DNA from: Lama guanicoe
Lineage: Eukaryota
Direction of reading: 5' to 3'
NCBI GenBank assembly: GCA_013239625.1
Contig: MU054187.1
Span: forward strand, 6,397,757-6,461,756
DNA: 64,000 nucleotides
The notes under the pieces were generated by a model. The model saw only the letters and a list, made by a program, of their open reading frames with translations. It was not told the DNA's origin and made no database searches. Shown in pieces: positions 13,163 through 26,409 of the stretch (positions are counted from its first letter, which is position 1; every line of letters starts with the position of its first letter). The position numbers were made by a program, and so were the translations under genes.

Positions 13163-13960
13163 TGATTTCCATTTTCAGAAAAGATGGAGTAACAGAAACT
13201 AGATTTATACTTTCACCAGAAACAACCGGAAACTTGACAATGTATGAAATAATGGTTTTTAGGATACTGGATGCTATGACTGAATTGTGTTCCCCTAAAT
13301 TCATATGTTGAAGCCCTAGCCCCCAGTGTGACTGTGTTTAGAGACAGAGCTTTTAGGAGGTAATTAAGGTTAAATAAAGTCATGAGGGTAGGGTCCTAAT
13401 CCAATAGGGCTGATGACCTTATAAGAAGAGGGAGAGAAAGAGAACTTGTTCCACACGCACACACCAAGGAAAAGGCCATGTGAAGACACCATGAGAAAGC
13501 TGCCATCTGCAAGCCAGGTACTCGGCACTCACCTGCATCGCACCACGCCGGCACTCTGGCCTCAGACTTCCAGATTCCAAAATGTGAGAAAATAAATGTA
13601 TTCCTATTGCTTAAGCACCCGATCTCTGGTATATGTAATGGCAGCCTGAGCAGACTGGGAGACCAGACCTCAGACAACAGAGGACAAAGATCCCTGAGAG
13701 ATGGGAGACAAGCAAGGTGAGTCTGGTACCAGCCCCAGCTTCCTGCCTGAGGGTTTCCAGGCAGAGAGGGCAGGGTGCCCAGGCTCAGCCAAACGTGACC
13801 GAGGTGGGTCAAGTCTGCAGGTCAGAGTCCTGAAGAGAGAGCTGTACAGGGAGGGAGCTTGGACCATGTGCAGAGTGCCCTCCAGTCTTCAGCTGAGTGC
13901 TGATCAGCTCCTGCCTGCGAGGAAACCACTGGTGTCCGGGGAAAGAACCAGCTGAAAGGA
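13163..13960 (+). mobile_element. Old L1 5'UTR fragment split by an MLT1A insertion
   Basis: AAGATGGAGTAACAGAAACTAGATTTATAC lies before, and GATCCCTGAGAGATGGGAGACAAGC...CTTCAGCTGAGTGCTGATCAG after, the MLT1. Both resemble L1M 5' ends. Confidence 0.55.
13272..13661 (+). mobile_element. MaLR LTR MLT1A-like
   Basis: TGCTATGACTGAATTGTGTTCCCCTAAATTCATATGTTGAAGCCCT...GCAGCCTGAGCAGACT matches the MLT1A start and end. Confidence 0.9.
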
Positions 13961-14224
13961 TTACACGTAAATGTGTCTCACACAAATGCTCCAAAACAGT
14001 GCCTATTTCTGCCCTATTTTTAAACATTAGTTAGCTTGTAATTTTGTGACATTTCCACATTATACTGAAACTCTGATGAATAAATTTATGTATATTTCTA
14101 ACTATTTTCTTGCCATAAACGACTAGTTCTACACATCAGAAAAAAGCACATGTGCACATGTCAAGCTTTTTATAGTTCCTGTCCAGCTGCTCTCCATGGA
14201 GGTGGTACTGAAGACTGTTTTAGG

Positions 14225-14470
14225 TAAATACTAAGAACATGGGTTCTGGAGTCAGAAGTCCTGGATTTGGGTACCAGGCTTGGTAATTTGCTGGCAGTGT
14301 AATCTTAGACTATTTGTGGTATCTTTCCAAAGCTCAACTTCTTTATTTATAAAATGAGAATAGTAGTACAAATACCTAGCTTGTAGAATGACTGTGATGA
14401 TTTAGTGGCTAACGCGAAAGGCCCCTGCAAGGTTTAAAGGCTATACAAATGCTAGCTGTTAGTATTACTG
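14225..14470 (+). mobile_element. MIR SINE
   Basis: GGGTTCTGGAGTCAGAAGTCCTGGATTTG...TATAAAATGAGAATAGTAGTAC matches the MIR core. Confidence 0.7.
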
Positions 14471-16789
14471 CGGTGACTCCAAATCTTGTTTCCTCCCTGG
14501 TTGCCACCTGAAATTTGACTGCCGTCACCTGGTCCCGGGGACGGCCCTGGAGATAAGGATGGTGTGAGTGAGGCGGTCCTGCAGGGCTGACGGGATGGGG
14601 GAGGAGGCTTCCGTGCCTTTCACTGCAATCTCCATAACGGGGATTTACGTCTCTCTGACATCCCACACCAACACCGCGTGGCCTGTGGGGGAAAGGGTCA
14701 CAGAGAAGTGCACAGCCAGGCTAACTCATTACCATAAATGTGCTTGGAATTGAAGAAGAGAATCAAGGAAGGGCACCTGGGACAAAGGAAGGCATGTCTG
14801 CTGCTGGCGTTTCCCTCCTGTGAGATTAAAACATTCAGCCGGACGAACTGATGTCTTATCTCTGTCGATCTGCGCGGACCTTTAATGAAATGAAAATGGG
14901 CTGTAAATGCAAATTCCCCTTGGAGAGGTGCCGTTTCTGTTCCTTCTTGAAAGCATGCTTCTCAGCCTCCTCTTCCACATGCTGAAATGCAAACCCAGTG
15001 CTGATGACTCCTGCTGGACCCTTGCAGACAGTGTTCTCGCAGCGTTTCTCCCCCCAGGAGTTCTGGAAAAGAATTAATAAGGCTCTATGTCCTTGAGCAT
15101 CCACTGTATGCAAGGTGTCAAGGTCTCCCCTAACCACCTAGAATGGTACTAGTTGTAGGTCACGCTTGGGAGAACCGAGAAAGACTACGAGGACAGTGCA
15201 AGGGGAAAACGGCTTGGGCCCCTGAATCACCTTGTGGAGCAGAGAGCCCATCTGTGGGGGACCCCCTGCCAACTCTGGGCTTTGTCACCTGACTACCGCA
15301 TGCTGGGGTTTCATCATTCCAGGGGCTTAGCTAGTGAACCTTCAACTCAGTAACTGGGGGCTGAGATGAGCTCTTGGTGAGCGACGTGGACTGGGACTGG
15401 GGCAGGCTGGGGCCCACAGAGGAACTGGAGTGTGATGCTTGGCGGGCGAAGTAAACACGCGTCGCACGCGCTCACCTGGCTGCAGAGCTGAAAATGCTAG
15501 TTTTGCCAATTTCAAGTGTCTACAGTTGGAATAACAGGCATCATGTTTGCCCTGAGCATTGTCTTTCCAGGTCAGAAGTTGTAGTGCCCCTTACATTCTT
15601 CCTTCCCTCGACTAAGTTTTTCCCTGAATATAAACATTTCTTGTTAGTCAGTGAAGATGACAGTAGAATTGTGTGTAAGTTTCAGATGAACTCATGAACA
15701 AGTGTTAACTCACTTACATTTGATTCATCCATCTCCCCTTAGATGGCAATTTGCATGTATAACCATGAAATTATATACATAGATAAATTATACCCCTAAA
15801 ATACTCCTTTTTTTTCAATTTTTCTTTTCTAGAATTTGAGTTAAAGATTCCGATGTGGTTGTCGAGGGTCTCAGGTTTTCCTCTCCCTTAGCTCTACTGT
15901 AGATTGTTGTGTCTTCAACAGCTCTTCTCCTGGTGCATAACAGGTTTGGTTCAGTGGTCTTCTCGCTGGGCCTCATTTATCTCTTGCTCGCTTTTCACTC
16001 TCTGGTGGAGACGCATGCTGGTGGCTCCAGCACCCGGTGCGGTGGGTAGCTGGTCACTCAAGCTAGTTTTTATGCAGGAGGAGGCGTCTGCCCAGAGACA
16101 CTGGAGATGGAGCTGCCCTGAATTCCACGCACGTGGAGGAGGGCGTCGGCCTTACGTATGAGAAGCAAACACAGCCAGGGACGCACATGTCGGGGGAGGA
16201 AGCAGGGATTTTCTCTCAGCAGGGGGAGACTGGCATTGAATCCTGAATGCAGCAGAGCACTGAGCGTTTGTGCCCAACTTGTCTTTTATTTTCCTCCTTC
16301 ATTTTGTTCTATAAAAATGTGTTCATTACAGAGAAAATAGAAAATTTAGATAAGCGACAACAGAAAAAATTACCCCTGCATGCAATTTGGACTATAGGTC
16401 CATTTAGAGTTTTGCTTATGCAAATACGTGCATATGAATGTACAGAAATAGTGTACTGCCTTATACCTGCTTTCTAGACTCCCTCTCAAATAACGTAAAC
16501 CCAGTCTGTTCTGATATATCCAAGAGTTCCTTGTTGTTTCTTTGGAGATGCCTTAAGGACACAGAACCCACGGAGCCAGCGAGCAGGCCCCTTCCTGTCC
16601 TCGTTTCTCGGCAGGTGTCAAGGAGACTCTGACACACAACCCACAGCTGAGCTCTTGGAAGCGCCTTCTTTTCCTCAGCCATTTTGGTTTGCTTTGTTTG
16701 CACCCAGAGCTGCTGAAGGCATCTTCCATGCCAGACTCCTCCAGGTCACCTCCATTCCAAGTGGCTTTGAGTCATTCCTCCTCCCTTTT

Positions 16790-17190
16790 TGATGTGGAGC
16801 AACTCTTTCTGAATATTTAATTTGTTTAGAATCTTTTTTTCATTAATGGAAAAACTCTGCTGGAAACATCCCTGTACATACGCCTTTGAGAATTTTCCAA
16901 ATTAACTCCTTAGAACAAGTTCTATGAAATAAGATCGCTAAGTCCAAAAGTATGCAATTAATGTAAATTTTGCCTTAATGCTGATTTGTCTTCCATTAAT
17001 AATGTATAAAACATTACTGACCCCACGATTATGTCAGTGCTAGTTGCTATCACTCTTTTTAAGTTTGCCAGTTCAACAGGCAAAGTAGTATCTTGTTATT
17101 ATTTATTTAATCACTAGTGAGTTTGAAAATTTTTTGGTTTTGATGATTATTGACCACCATAGGTCTCATTTTTGGAATTCAGTATTTATT
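16790..17190 (-). mobile_element. Ancient L1ME-like fragment
   Basis: AT-rich degraded antisense ORF2-end motifs (AAACATCCCTGTACATAC, TCACTAGTGAGTTTGAA). Confidence 0.5.
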
Positions 17191-17406
17191 TCCTGTTGGG
17201 CCTGAATTATAATTTAACATGTGGCAACAAACAACAAGGTGGTGGAGTAGAGATGTTCTTGAGAAATTATTAGCCAGACCCAATCGTGGTGAAATTTATA
17301 AAACTGCAATTTTTCCTTGACTTCCTTTTCGATTATTTGCTTCTGTACCTCACAAAGAAGGAAAAAATACTCCAGCAGAATGAAATATATCCATCCAATA
17401 ATTTAT

Positions 17407-18153
17407 AAAGTAATGCCATCTGCAGCAACATATATGGAACTAGAGATTATCATATTAAGTGAAGTAAGTCAGACAAAGAGACAAACACCATATGATATCA
17501 CTTATATGTGGAATCTTTTTTTTTACATTTTTAAACTGAGTTACAGTCATTTTACAATGTTGTGTCAAATTCCAGTGTAGAGCACAATTTTTCAGTTATA
17601 CATGAAAATACATATACTCATTGTTATATTTTTTCCACTGTGAGCTACCACAAGATGTTGTATATATTTCCCTGTGCTATACAGTACAATCTTGTTTATC
17701 TATTCTGCATATGCCTGTCAGAGTCTACAAATTTTGAACTCCCAGTCTGTCCCTTTCCACCCCCCTCCCCCTTGGCAACCACAAATTTGTATTCTATGTC
17801 TATGAGTCTTAATTAAAAAAATGATACAAATTTTATTTACAAACCAAAAACAGACTCATGGACATAGAAAACAAATTCTGGTTACCAAAGGGAAAAGGGT
17901 GGGGGAGGGATAAATTAGGAGTTTTGGATTAACAGACACACACTACTATGCATAAAACATATAAACAACAGGGTCCTATACTGTATAGCACAGGGAACTA
18001 TATTCAGTTTCTTATAATAAGTTAGATGAAAAAGAATCTGGAAAGAAAGTGTATTAATGTAAGTACATATACAACTGAATTGCTTTGCTGCATACCTGAA
18101 ACTAACATTGTAAATCAACTACACTTCAGTAAAAGGTAAAATTAAAAAAAAAA
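17407..18153 (+). mobile_element. L1 3' end (host element), interrupted at about 17516-17809
   Basis: AATGCCATCTGCAGCAACATATATGGAACTAGAG...CTTATATGTGGAATCT resumes as AAAAAAATGATACAAA...GTAAATCAACTACACTTC plus poly-A. Confidence 0.88.
17516..17809 (-). mobile_element. L1 3' end nested antisense within another L1
   Basis: A poly-T run is followed by reverse-complement 3'UTR similar to the young copy at 3868-4284. Confidence 0.88.
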
Positions 18154-20093
18154 AGGCCCCTCAGTGATTTTGATGGACACTCAGGTCTGAGAGCTACTGA
18201 CAAAGACAGAGAGGCCTGAGCTCAAAACCTGGCTCTGTCACTGGCCGGATGTGCAACCTCCCGAAATTCACCTACGGACTCTTAGCCTCCGTGTGCCAGC
18301 TGGATATATGAGGTTTCGTGAGGAGGAAGTGACTGTTAAGTCCTTGGCTCCTAATTTGACACCATTTTTATCCACACAGAACATGTGAGATCAAAGGTGT
18401 ACGATATTTCTCAGTCAGGATTCTCAGCTCTAACTCAATTTGTCTCCACCTGGCAACCTGGTCTTGAAGTACCAGCCTTCTGCCACTGGGGGTCCTTGGA
18501 AAGATTTCTGACGGATCGCTCTGCAGAGCTTTGCTGTGGGAGCCAACTGACCCTGGTCATCGCAGGCAGATGAAAACGAGGGGAGAACCGTGGGCTCCTG
18601 CGCTGTAGCCTGCAGCTCTCCAGGAAACTCAGATCCATCCCTGTAACTTTCATCTTTGTTTTTGGTCCTCCACCGGCACTAAAAGTGAGAAGTCAGAAAG
18701 CAGAAATGCCTTCGAATATTGTATTGCATGCAGATGGATCAAGTAATTCTTCTCTGTGATTCATCCCCAGTTCATTTGCTAAGGCGGGATATTTATTGGC
18801 TTCACAAAATGATAGATTTTTTTCTAGACACACATGCTGATTTAGTTTCAACTGTATGGCAGAATTCTGTAAAGAATCTATCTTTCATATACTTTGGAGC
18901 AAGGTATCCAGATCATTAATTCTGAAGAAAGGGTTCTGATGAAATATGAGATAAATCAGAACAATATTACATCCTTAGTCTTTCTTGGCAAGAGCTGCAA
19001 TAGTTTGAGAAATTAGCCTACCGAAATTGCCAAGCTGGGGTGAATTTTGCATTTCAATTACGAGGGTATTTTGTAGTGTTTGAACATGAAAATTAACAAA
19101 ATATAAAAGTTATCAGAACATATCCACCAGATAGGAAAAATAATGTAGCGATTTGCCCGCACACTGTTTTTCTAAAAGGATTGGAGAAATTTTCTCACAA
19201 ACCTCCTTGGATTTCTAAAACACAGCTATGGGCAGGTGTATGGTCCTTTTAAAAATAGAATGTAAGAGACAGAATGATTCTTGTGAGATTATCCAGCTGG
19301 AGGAGAGCAGTGTAAGAATTTATGTCAATTCTCCTAAATCTGAAGATTATTTGAATAAACTTCTCCATCGCTAAAGTAACACCATCCATGTTCTCCAGGC
19401 ACTGACTGCATTTTCAACCTGGCGACTCTAAGGGAGAGACACAATGAGAGGAATGAATGACAGATGTGTGGACTGGCTTGAGGGACCAGTCAGCATCCCG
19501 GGCTGGCCTCGGAGCCCAGCACCCAGTGGTGAGGCTAAGTGTCTTCTCTCGGTGTGCAGGTTGCCGTCTTGACTGCCCAGCCTGGCTGCATCAAGCTTAG
19601 GAAGTTTTATCCCATCCTCATAGAAAATGTTACTGACACATTTCCATAGTGCTTCCAAAAAGCTGCGAAGGAAGAGAGAGTCATGGCAGAACCATGATGG
19701 AACACTGGCTATCGTGTGGATTTGGGTGGGCACGACTCTCAACGGGGGAACCAGCTTCAAGGCTTAAAGGCTGGCTTAATGCATAGTTTCCAGGTACAGG
19801 AAGACCACCGCCTGACTAAGGCAGACACAGTAGAGACGGAAGAAGGGGACTGATTCAACTGAATGTTGTTTGAATGGGAGCGGAGGGAGGGAATGAGGAG
19901 AGAAAGATGACCACCACTATTTTTGGGTCAACGTTAACTGAGCTTTGCAAAAGAGGAGGAGGGGCGAGTTTTGAGGCGAGTTTCCAGGAAAAGATTATTG
20001 ATTTACTTCTGGACGTAATTTGTTTGTCGATACCTGTGATGACTCAGACACGGATACCTAGGAGGCAACTGGATGGATAATCTGAAGGTCAGC

Positions 20094-20240
20094 GTGGCAG
20101 ACAGAACTCTAGGAGGACTCCCAGTGGCTCATGGCCTTGCATGACCCTCCTCTTTGGAGTGTGTGTACAGGTGACCTGTGACTTGCTTCTATGACCAAGG
20201 TGGTGGGATATTGCTCTAGTGATGAGGTGACATCGAAATC
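20094..20240 (+). mobile_element. MLT1 LTR 5' fragment
   Basis: GTGGCAGACAGAACTCTAGGAGGACTCCC...GACCTGTGACTTGCTTCTA resembles an MLT1 LTR start. Confidence 0.55.
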
Positions 20241-20933
20241 TCAGGTGATTTCAGCACCCCTGCAGCTCTTTCAGAGCGGGGTGTGGGGGGTGGTGACCAG
20301 TCCTGTTTAAACACCTCACCCTGCTCTCCCAGCACGTCTTGCTCCAGTGAGACATCCACTGTCGCTAATGGTCCTTTTGTGGCACTCGGACTTTTTTCTC
20401 TCTTGCGGCTTTACAAGTTTTTGTCTTTATTCTTGGTGTTCTGCATTTTACGATATGACGTCTTCTGGTGGATTCTGTTTTATTCGCCCTCTGAGGTCCT
20501 CTGTCCGTACTCCGTTGTGGACAGCTGTCAGCCCTCACCCCTTCCCTCCAGCTTTCTGAACAGAGCTCCTTCAGAAGCACGAGGAAGCTTCTGCTCTCTC
20601 CTGTGTGTCTCTTAGACTCTCGTTTATGCCTTTTATCTTCATCTCTCTCTGTACAGCCCTCTAAGTAAATTACTTCATACCACATCCCTTCTTCCTTCAC
20701 CTTTATCCTGCCATGGGTTTTATCCAGTTTGTTAAGTTTCTAGAAGTTAATCTCCATGTCAGTATATATTATTATTCCCAGAGGGCAATTGGCTAGTCTA
20801 CCTAGTCTTTTTTATTTTCATACTGTTGTAGTTTAATTAACTGAGCATTATTTCTTCCTTTATCTCTGAGGTCCTAAAACATACTTACATTAAAGTCATT
20901 TCACATAGGTTTTGTTGGGAGCTCACTCTCGTA

Positions 20934-21150
20934 AGGGTTACTTACCAGACTTAGCAAAAACCAAAAAGAAAAAAAATAGTTTTCTTCTGGCTGGTCAAAC
21001 TTTTAGTTTTTTAGTTGGCTGGTCATTTTCCAGTTAAATTTGAATTTTAGATAAAGAATGAACAACTATTTTTAGTATAAGTGCATCTCACACAATTTGA
21101 GACATACCTGTGCTAAAAGATTTTCATTGTCCTGAATTGTATCTAGCAAA
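20934..21150. mobile_element. MER53-like non-autonomous DNA transposon
   Basis: CCAGTTAAATTTGAATTTTAGATAAAG...TTTTTAGTATAAGTG...GAGACATACCTGTGCTAAAA resembles the palindromic MER53. Confidence 0.65.
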
Positions 21151-21644
21151 TCTCTGCCTGTGCCGGCTCCTTTGGGGACCTGTGATCTATATTTTTATCA
21201 CTATCCCTTGGTGATTGTGATGTGTATCAAACTTGAGAATGACCAGTCTGCATGACACTTCCTCCCTAGTGGAGGAAATTCATTCCTGATTGTGGTCTGT
21301 CGGTTATCTTTCCTAGTGTTAATTTTTCTCATCTGATTTGAAATGAAGTTTGCAGTTGTATCAAAATAGGTTATTTTCAAAGCTTCCCTCTGTTTTTCCC
21401 TCTCTATCTGATGGCCCTCAAGTTGCCTCCATCTGGTCTCCTGAAATTCCTTGTCCAGAAACAGCTCTTTCACTGTTGGCTGGACCCCCATGGCAGTGCT
21501 GGGTTTACAGCATCCAGTTCTCATGCCAGCGGGCACTCTGATCCAGAACCAGTCTGCAGTGTCAGTTTTATTTATAGCTGTGCCCATTTCTGGTCTATGT
21601 GTTACTCCTTTTGTTTTTCATTGTACTCAAGTTTTTCAAATTAA

Positions 21645-21665
21645 GTGTGTGTGTGTGTGTGTGTG
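21645..21665. repeat. (GT)10 microsatellite
   Basis: Directly visible in the sequence. Confidence 0.95.
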
Positions 21666-22215
21666 ATCACTGATGTGTTTAAAACAAAGGGGGAAGCTTA
21701 TAGCATTCAACATTCCATCCACAACATTACTTTATGAGAAGTCTTTATGGCTACATTCTAATTCTTGTTTCTTTATCTGATGGTTTAATGGCAACCAAAA
21801 TGTATAATGAGGAATTTTGAAATATGGCTGCCCTCTGTGTGTTTAATGAAACCCACTGAATAGATGGGTTTGGCCACTTACGGAAGAGAATAAGGGAGGG
21901 AGGAAATGTGACTCAAGAGTCAGGGAACACCCCAAATCCCAGACAGGTGCCAGCTAGAGAGACAAGACTGAAATAAAAGTGCAGCTCAGGAAGCTTCGAT
22001 CTAATGTCTTGAGCCATACCCTGAAGGAAAGTGGCGACACTGGTGGGGCTGTCAGCACCGAACTGAGCGGGGATCCCACAGACAAAGAACTAGTGTTTCC
22101 AGCGCCGTGGGGGAGAGAGCCTTGACGAGGCCACACAGTCGCACATCTGCTTGGTGGGCTCACCCTGCAATGAGGATGGGTGCACGGAGCTGTGACAACG
22201 TTGGTGAACTAGCCT

Positions 22216-22602
22216 TGTTATGGGCTGAAGTGTGTCCCTCCAGAATCCATGGGGCGAAGTCCTAACTCCCAGGAACGCATAACGTGACTGTGTTTGGAGA
22301 CAGAGTCTTTAAAGAGGTAATGAAGGTACAATGAAGTCATATGGGTGGGTCCTAATCCAGTCGGACTGGTGTCCTTATACGAAGAGGAGGTGGACACAGA
22401 CATGTGGAGGAAAGTGGGGAGAGGACACAGGGAGAAGACGCCGTCCACAACCCAAGGAGAGAGGCCTCAGAAGAAGCCAACCAGATCTGCCGACACCCTG
22501 ATCTGGGACCTCTAACCTCCAGAACTGTGAGAAAAGAAGTGTAGGATATTTAAGCCAACTTGTTGTGGCGTTTTGTTATGGAGGAGCTAGAAAACTAACA
22601 CA
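22216..22602 (+). mobile_element. MaLR LTR MLT1A/B-like
   Basis: TGTTATGGGCTGAAGTGTGTCCCTCC...CCTAATCCAGTCGGACTGGTGTCCTTATA...GAAAACTAACACA, with TG...CA termini. Confidence 0.9.
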
Positions 22603-23519
22603 GCCACCCAGCTCACTGCACCCTGACTGCCTACTCCCGAAGGAACTTGCTGGATAACATTTGACCTCCCACGCGGCTAGTATTCTGGGGAAAGAATTCA
22701 CTAACCAGACATCATGAGAATGGTGGCCCACTTTGCTAGCTCTGTTTCCCACATGAATTAACTGACTGGCTTTCCGGTTAATGCGTCAGTTTTAAAGCAA
22801 GTTTATGATGGTTTGGTCTTCGAGTCCCTCTTTCCCTTGTGAATGCTGTAAGACTGAGTTCTGAGTCTGCAGAGCCATTTTCACACTGGAAATGTTTTGA
22901 CCATGCCTCCTGCTCTGCAACAAAGTAAATGTTCAGTTTTTCAGGCTTTTTTTCCCTAAGAAATGTGCACCACAGATAGCCCCATCCCTTACCTCCGGAG
23001 GCTTTGTGGTCCAAGATGAGATGAAGAAATGGGATACAGTTTGGGCACAGGATGAAGATGTCAGGTATTCAAAAGACCTATTTAAAAAACCTTAAAGTTT
23101 AGTAGTTTGTTTTTAGACCGCATTAAATATCCTAGCAGTCACTTTAAACCGACCATATAAAAACAGTAGCATCAAAACTTGTGCTTTGGCAAGGCTACGT
23201 GGCACACAGATCAGTGGAACAGACTTTAAAAACAACAGAAGAGGTGAGTAATTGTATCAAAGTCACACTGTGTACCTGAACTTGACAGCCTATGAATTAA
23301 AGCTCCTGTTACATTGGGCCAACCTCATGAGCTAGCTTGTTTTCCAATGTCAAAGCTAAAGTTTAGTCAAGGTCTTTTAAAAAAAATGTGATTATGGAGA
23401 GAAATCACTTGAGTTTTCATTTACTTGCAAACAGGCTCTTACTAGCTAGAAGAAACTTTGAGACATTATACTTCCCCCCTTTTTATTCAATGATGTTGAA
23501 CCCATAGCACTGAAATTGA

Positions 23520-23520
<1 letters not shown>

Positions 23521-23552
<32 letters not shown>
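23521..23552. repeat. (TG)16 microsatellite
   Basis: Directly visible in the sequence. Confidence 0.95.
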
Positions 23553-23555
<3 letters not shown>

Positions 23556-26259
23556 CCGAGTGTCATCCTACTCACATACTTAAGTTTCCCAGTCACCGCT
23601 GAGAGAGGTGGAATTCAATTAACAATAGGAAAGCTCTGTTGTCCCCCAACTTTAAAGGATTTTACATGCCTTTTGAATGATACTTATGACTTTGTCAAGG
23701 GAAAGGAACTGAATCCCATGGCTGTGCCAATGGGCGGAGGGATGTAAGTGATGCTTCTTTCCAGGAAGCTGACCTTGGGTCAACAGACCCCTTTCTCTTA
23801 CTGCCCCTGAGTCAGCCTGTCCCCTGTGCACTCCACTTCTTGGGTCCTTCTCGGGTATATGGACACCGTGACTGGGCAGTGGAACGTAACCTTAGTTGGT
23901 GAGTCAGTCATCTTATAAAGGGTAGATCAGACCAACAGGGGAGGATGTGAAGGACATAGAAAAGCATCTCTAACTGGAGTCTGTAATGGCTTCTCTCACA
24001 GGGCAATAGGTTAAATGTTAGCACAGGCACCTTACTCTTTAAATTCATTAGGATCTCACTGACACATGACAAAAACTGGGCAACAAGGGAATATGACTGA
24101 GAGGCTAGAATTTTTAAGAGTAGCATGGAAGATATCCCCTAGAAGCCTTTGCCTTGCTGGCCAAAAATATGCTCTGGAAGCCACAATCTGCTTTCTAAAC
24201 ATATCTGCTGGGCCCCTTCACCGTCCAGTGTGTCTGAAGGGAGAAGCTGAGCAGAACTTACTAGCACCCTTCTCACGGCTTCGCCACAAAGACAGAGATC
24301 CTGCCCCAGGCAGCTGGGCTCTGCTTGACAAGTGCTCAACATTAATGTCCTTAAATCGAGAGAAGAGGCTGATGTGTGGGGATGAAGATGGGGAAACCAG
24401 ATTGGTTTTATCACCTTAAAACAAGATTGCAAGATGGTAGTTTAGAAATAATATTTTATCCAAAGAAGTTCGACAAGTAGACATAATAAGGATTTGAACC
24501 CATGGCCTTCTGTCTCCACTGGGACCTGAACAAAGGAGGCAGCCTCTGCCCCAGAAGCAGGCCCTGGTCTGGATGCTGGCAGTCGAGTGTGGACAGGTGC
24601 CGACTATGATAGTTGGGCAAGTTTCTTATTTAGTATTCTTCTATTAAGTCAGGACATAATCTTTAAAAAAAAAAAAGTACATTCCACCTCCAGGCCACTC
24701 TAAGTATATTTTTACTCAAAACAAAAGCACAGCTTCAAGCATCTTTAGCCTTCTTTAATTATCCATCATGCAAAAAATTCTGCTCATCACTTGTCCAGAT
24801 ACAGACTCTTCCACCTTCTCTTTTCTAAAATACCATCCTAATTAATCTACATTTCTTGAAATCTCAGCTCCTCTAGAATTTTTCATTAGCTTTTCTGAGA
24901 CATTTCCAAGTGTTGTGATAAATAACATCTCATCAGTGTAGGTGGATTTGATCTTGACGTACAGAAAGCCTCCCTTATTTACAGATTGGAGAGTTGGGGT
25001 TTCAGATATTTCTAGTTCTCTGAGATACATGTGCCCACAAACCAAAGGAACACATGGGAGGGGCCAAATGAAGGGGATGACAATGCCATTTGCCAATTTT
25101 TAATTCCCTAATAGACTAGTTGATGTTGAGGGGAGAAAAGGAACACCAAATGGGGTTGGGGAAGCAGCCTGAAAGAAATGCTCAAATACATTTACCTCCT
25201 CTAAAATGTCAATGCTATGAATACTGCATTTTGGACCAAAGACATACCTCAAATCACCATTCAGCTACTTCGTTGGAATACTGTTGACTATATTAGCCTC
25301 ATGGATAGGTGATTTAATTAAGCATCTATTATGCACCAGACCTCGGATGATATAAAAACGACTGAGAGACGCTGGCTGAGCTCAGGCGCTCACAGCCTTT
25401 GCAGGTGAGAGATACGAACTAGTCAGCAGAGCCTCTCACCAGGAATGGTTAATTCACGCCCAGCGGGGTCACTGGGCCGGGGTGGGGGCAGTCCTTAGCT
25501 CAGGGCTGCACGGCTTTTCCTTTCTAGTCCTCCATAAACGCACCGTGAGTGCTCATCTCTAGCTTTGGGGGAAACAGAAATGCAAGACATACTTGCGTTT
25601 TACCAAAGTCATCTTACAGTTTTGAAAACAGAAGTTCAAAAAAAAATGAACATAAGACCTGCATGCCTAGTGGTTGTTAACTACGGTTGACAAGTGTTTA
25701 TTATACTCATCAAACCCTCGGAAATGGGTTTTAAAAAATCAGGCATTGTTATTGTTAAGTGAAATCTTCTGCAGTCTTGTTCCAATGCTCTGAACATGTT
25801 AGGATTTGAAACCGAGATTTTCCACTGGATTCTCAAATCCCGGTGATGGAGTTCCAACTCTAACGGGATTTTTGTAAATTCATAGCACAGTTCCCTTTAT
25901 GGCTTTACAGGGAATGAACCACTAGCATGATGCTTGGACTCGAAGCTAAAAACTGAAATAAAACAAATCCTACTTTGGTGGGAGGGGAATGCATTCTGTA
26001 CGTCAGTGTGCATATCTGTGTACTTCAGGTTATTTGCAGCTAGAAGGGTCGGAGCCACTTAGCTGGACAGCACATCCTAGGGCAAAATGATTAGTTAGAA
26101 TTAATGGAATTTTGTCATCAACTCAGTCCCTTGGCAACCCCTGGGCTAACATGAATCCCCAGAATGCATCTGCCTGTCCTGGTGGTGCTTCCTTCTGGGT
26201 ACCAGCTGCTACATGTAGTGCACAGGAAGAAGTCACGTCCACCATTTCCAATTACACCA

Positions 26260-26409
26260 CGAAAGACAGTGTAACCATTAGGTTTCTAATGTTATCCCTA
26301 AAAAGTCATCTTTGCTTAGTTCTCAAGACATTTCCGAAAGACGGTGTAACCATTAGGTTTCTAATGTTATCCCTAAAAAGTCATCTTTGCTTAGTTCTCA
26401 AGACATTTC
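26260..26409. repeat. 75-bp tandem duplication (2 copies)
   Basis: Units 26260-26334 and 26335-26409 differ at one base (GACAGT vs GACGGT). Confidence 0.95.
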
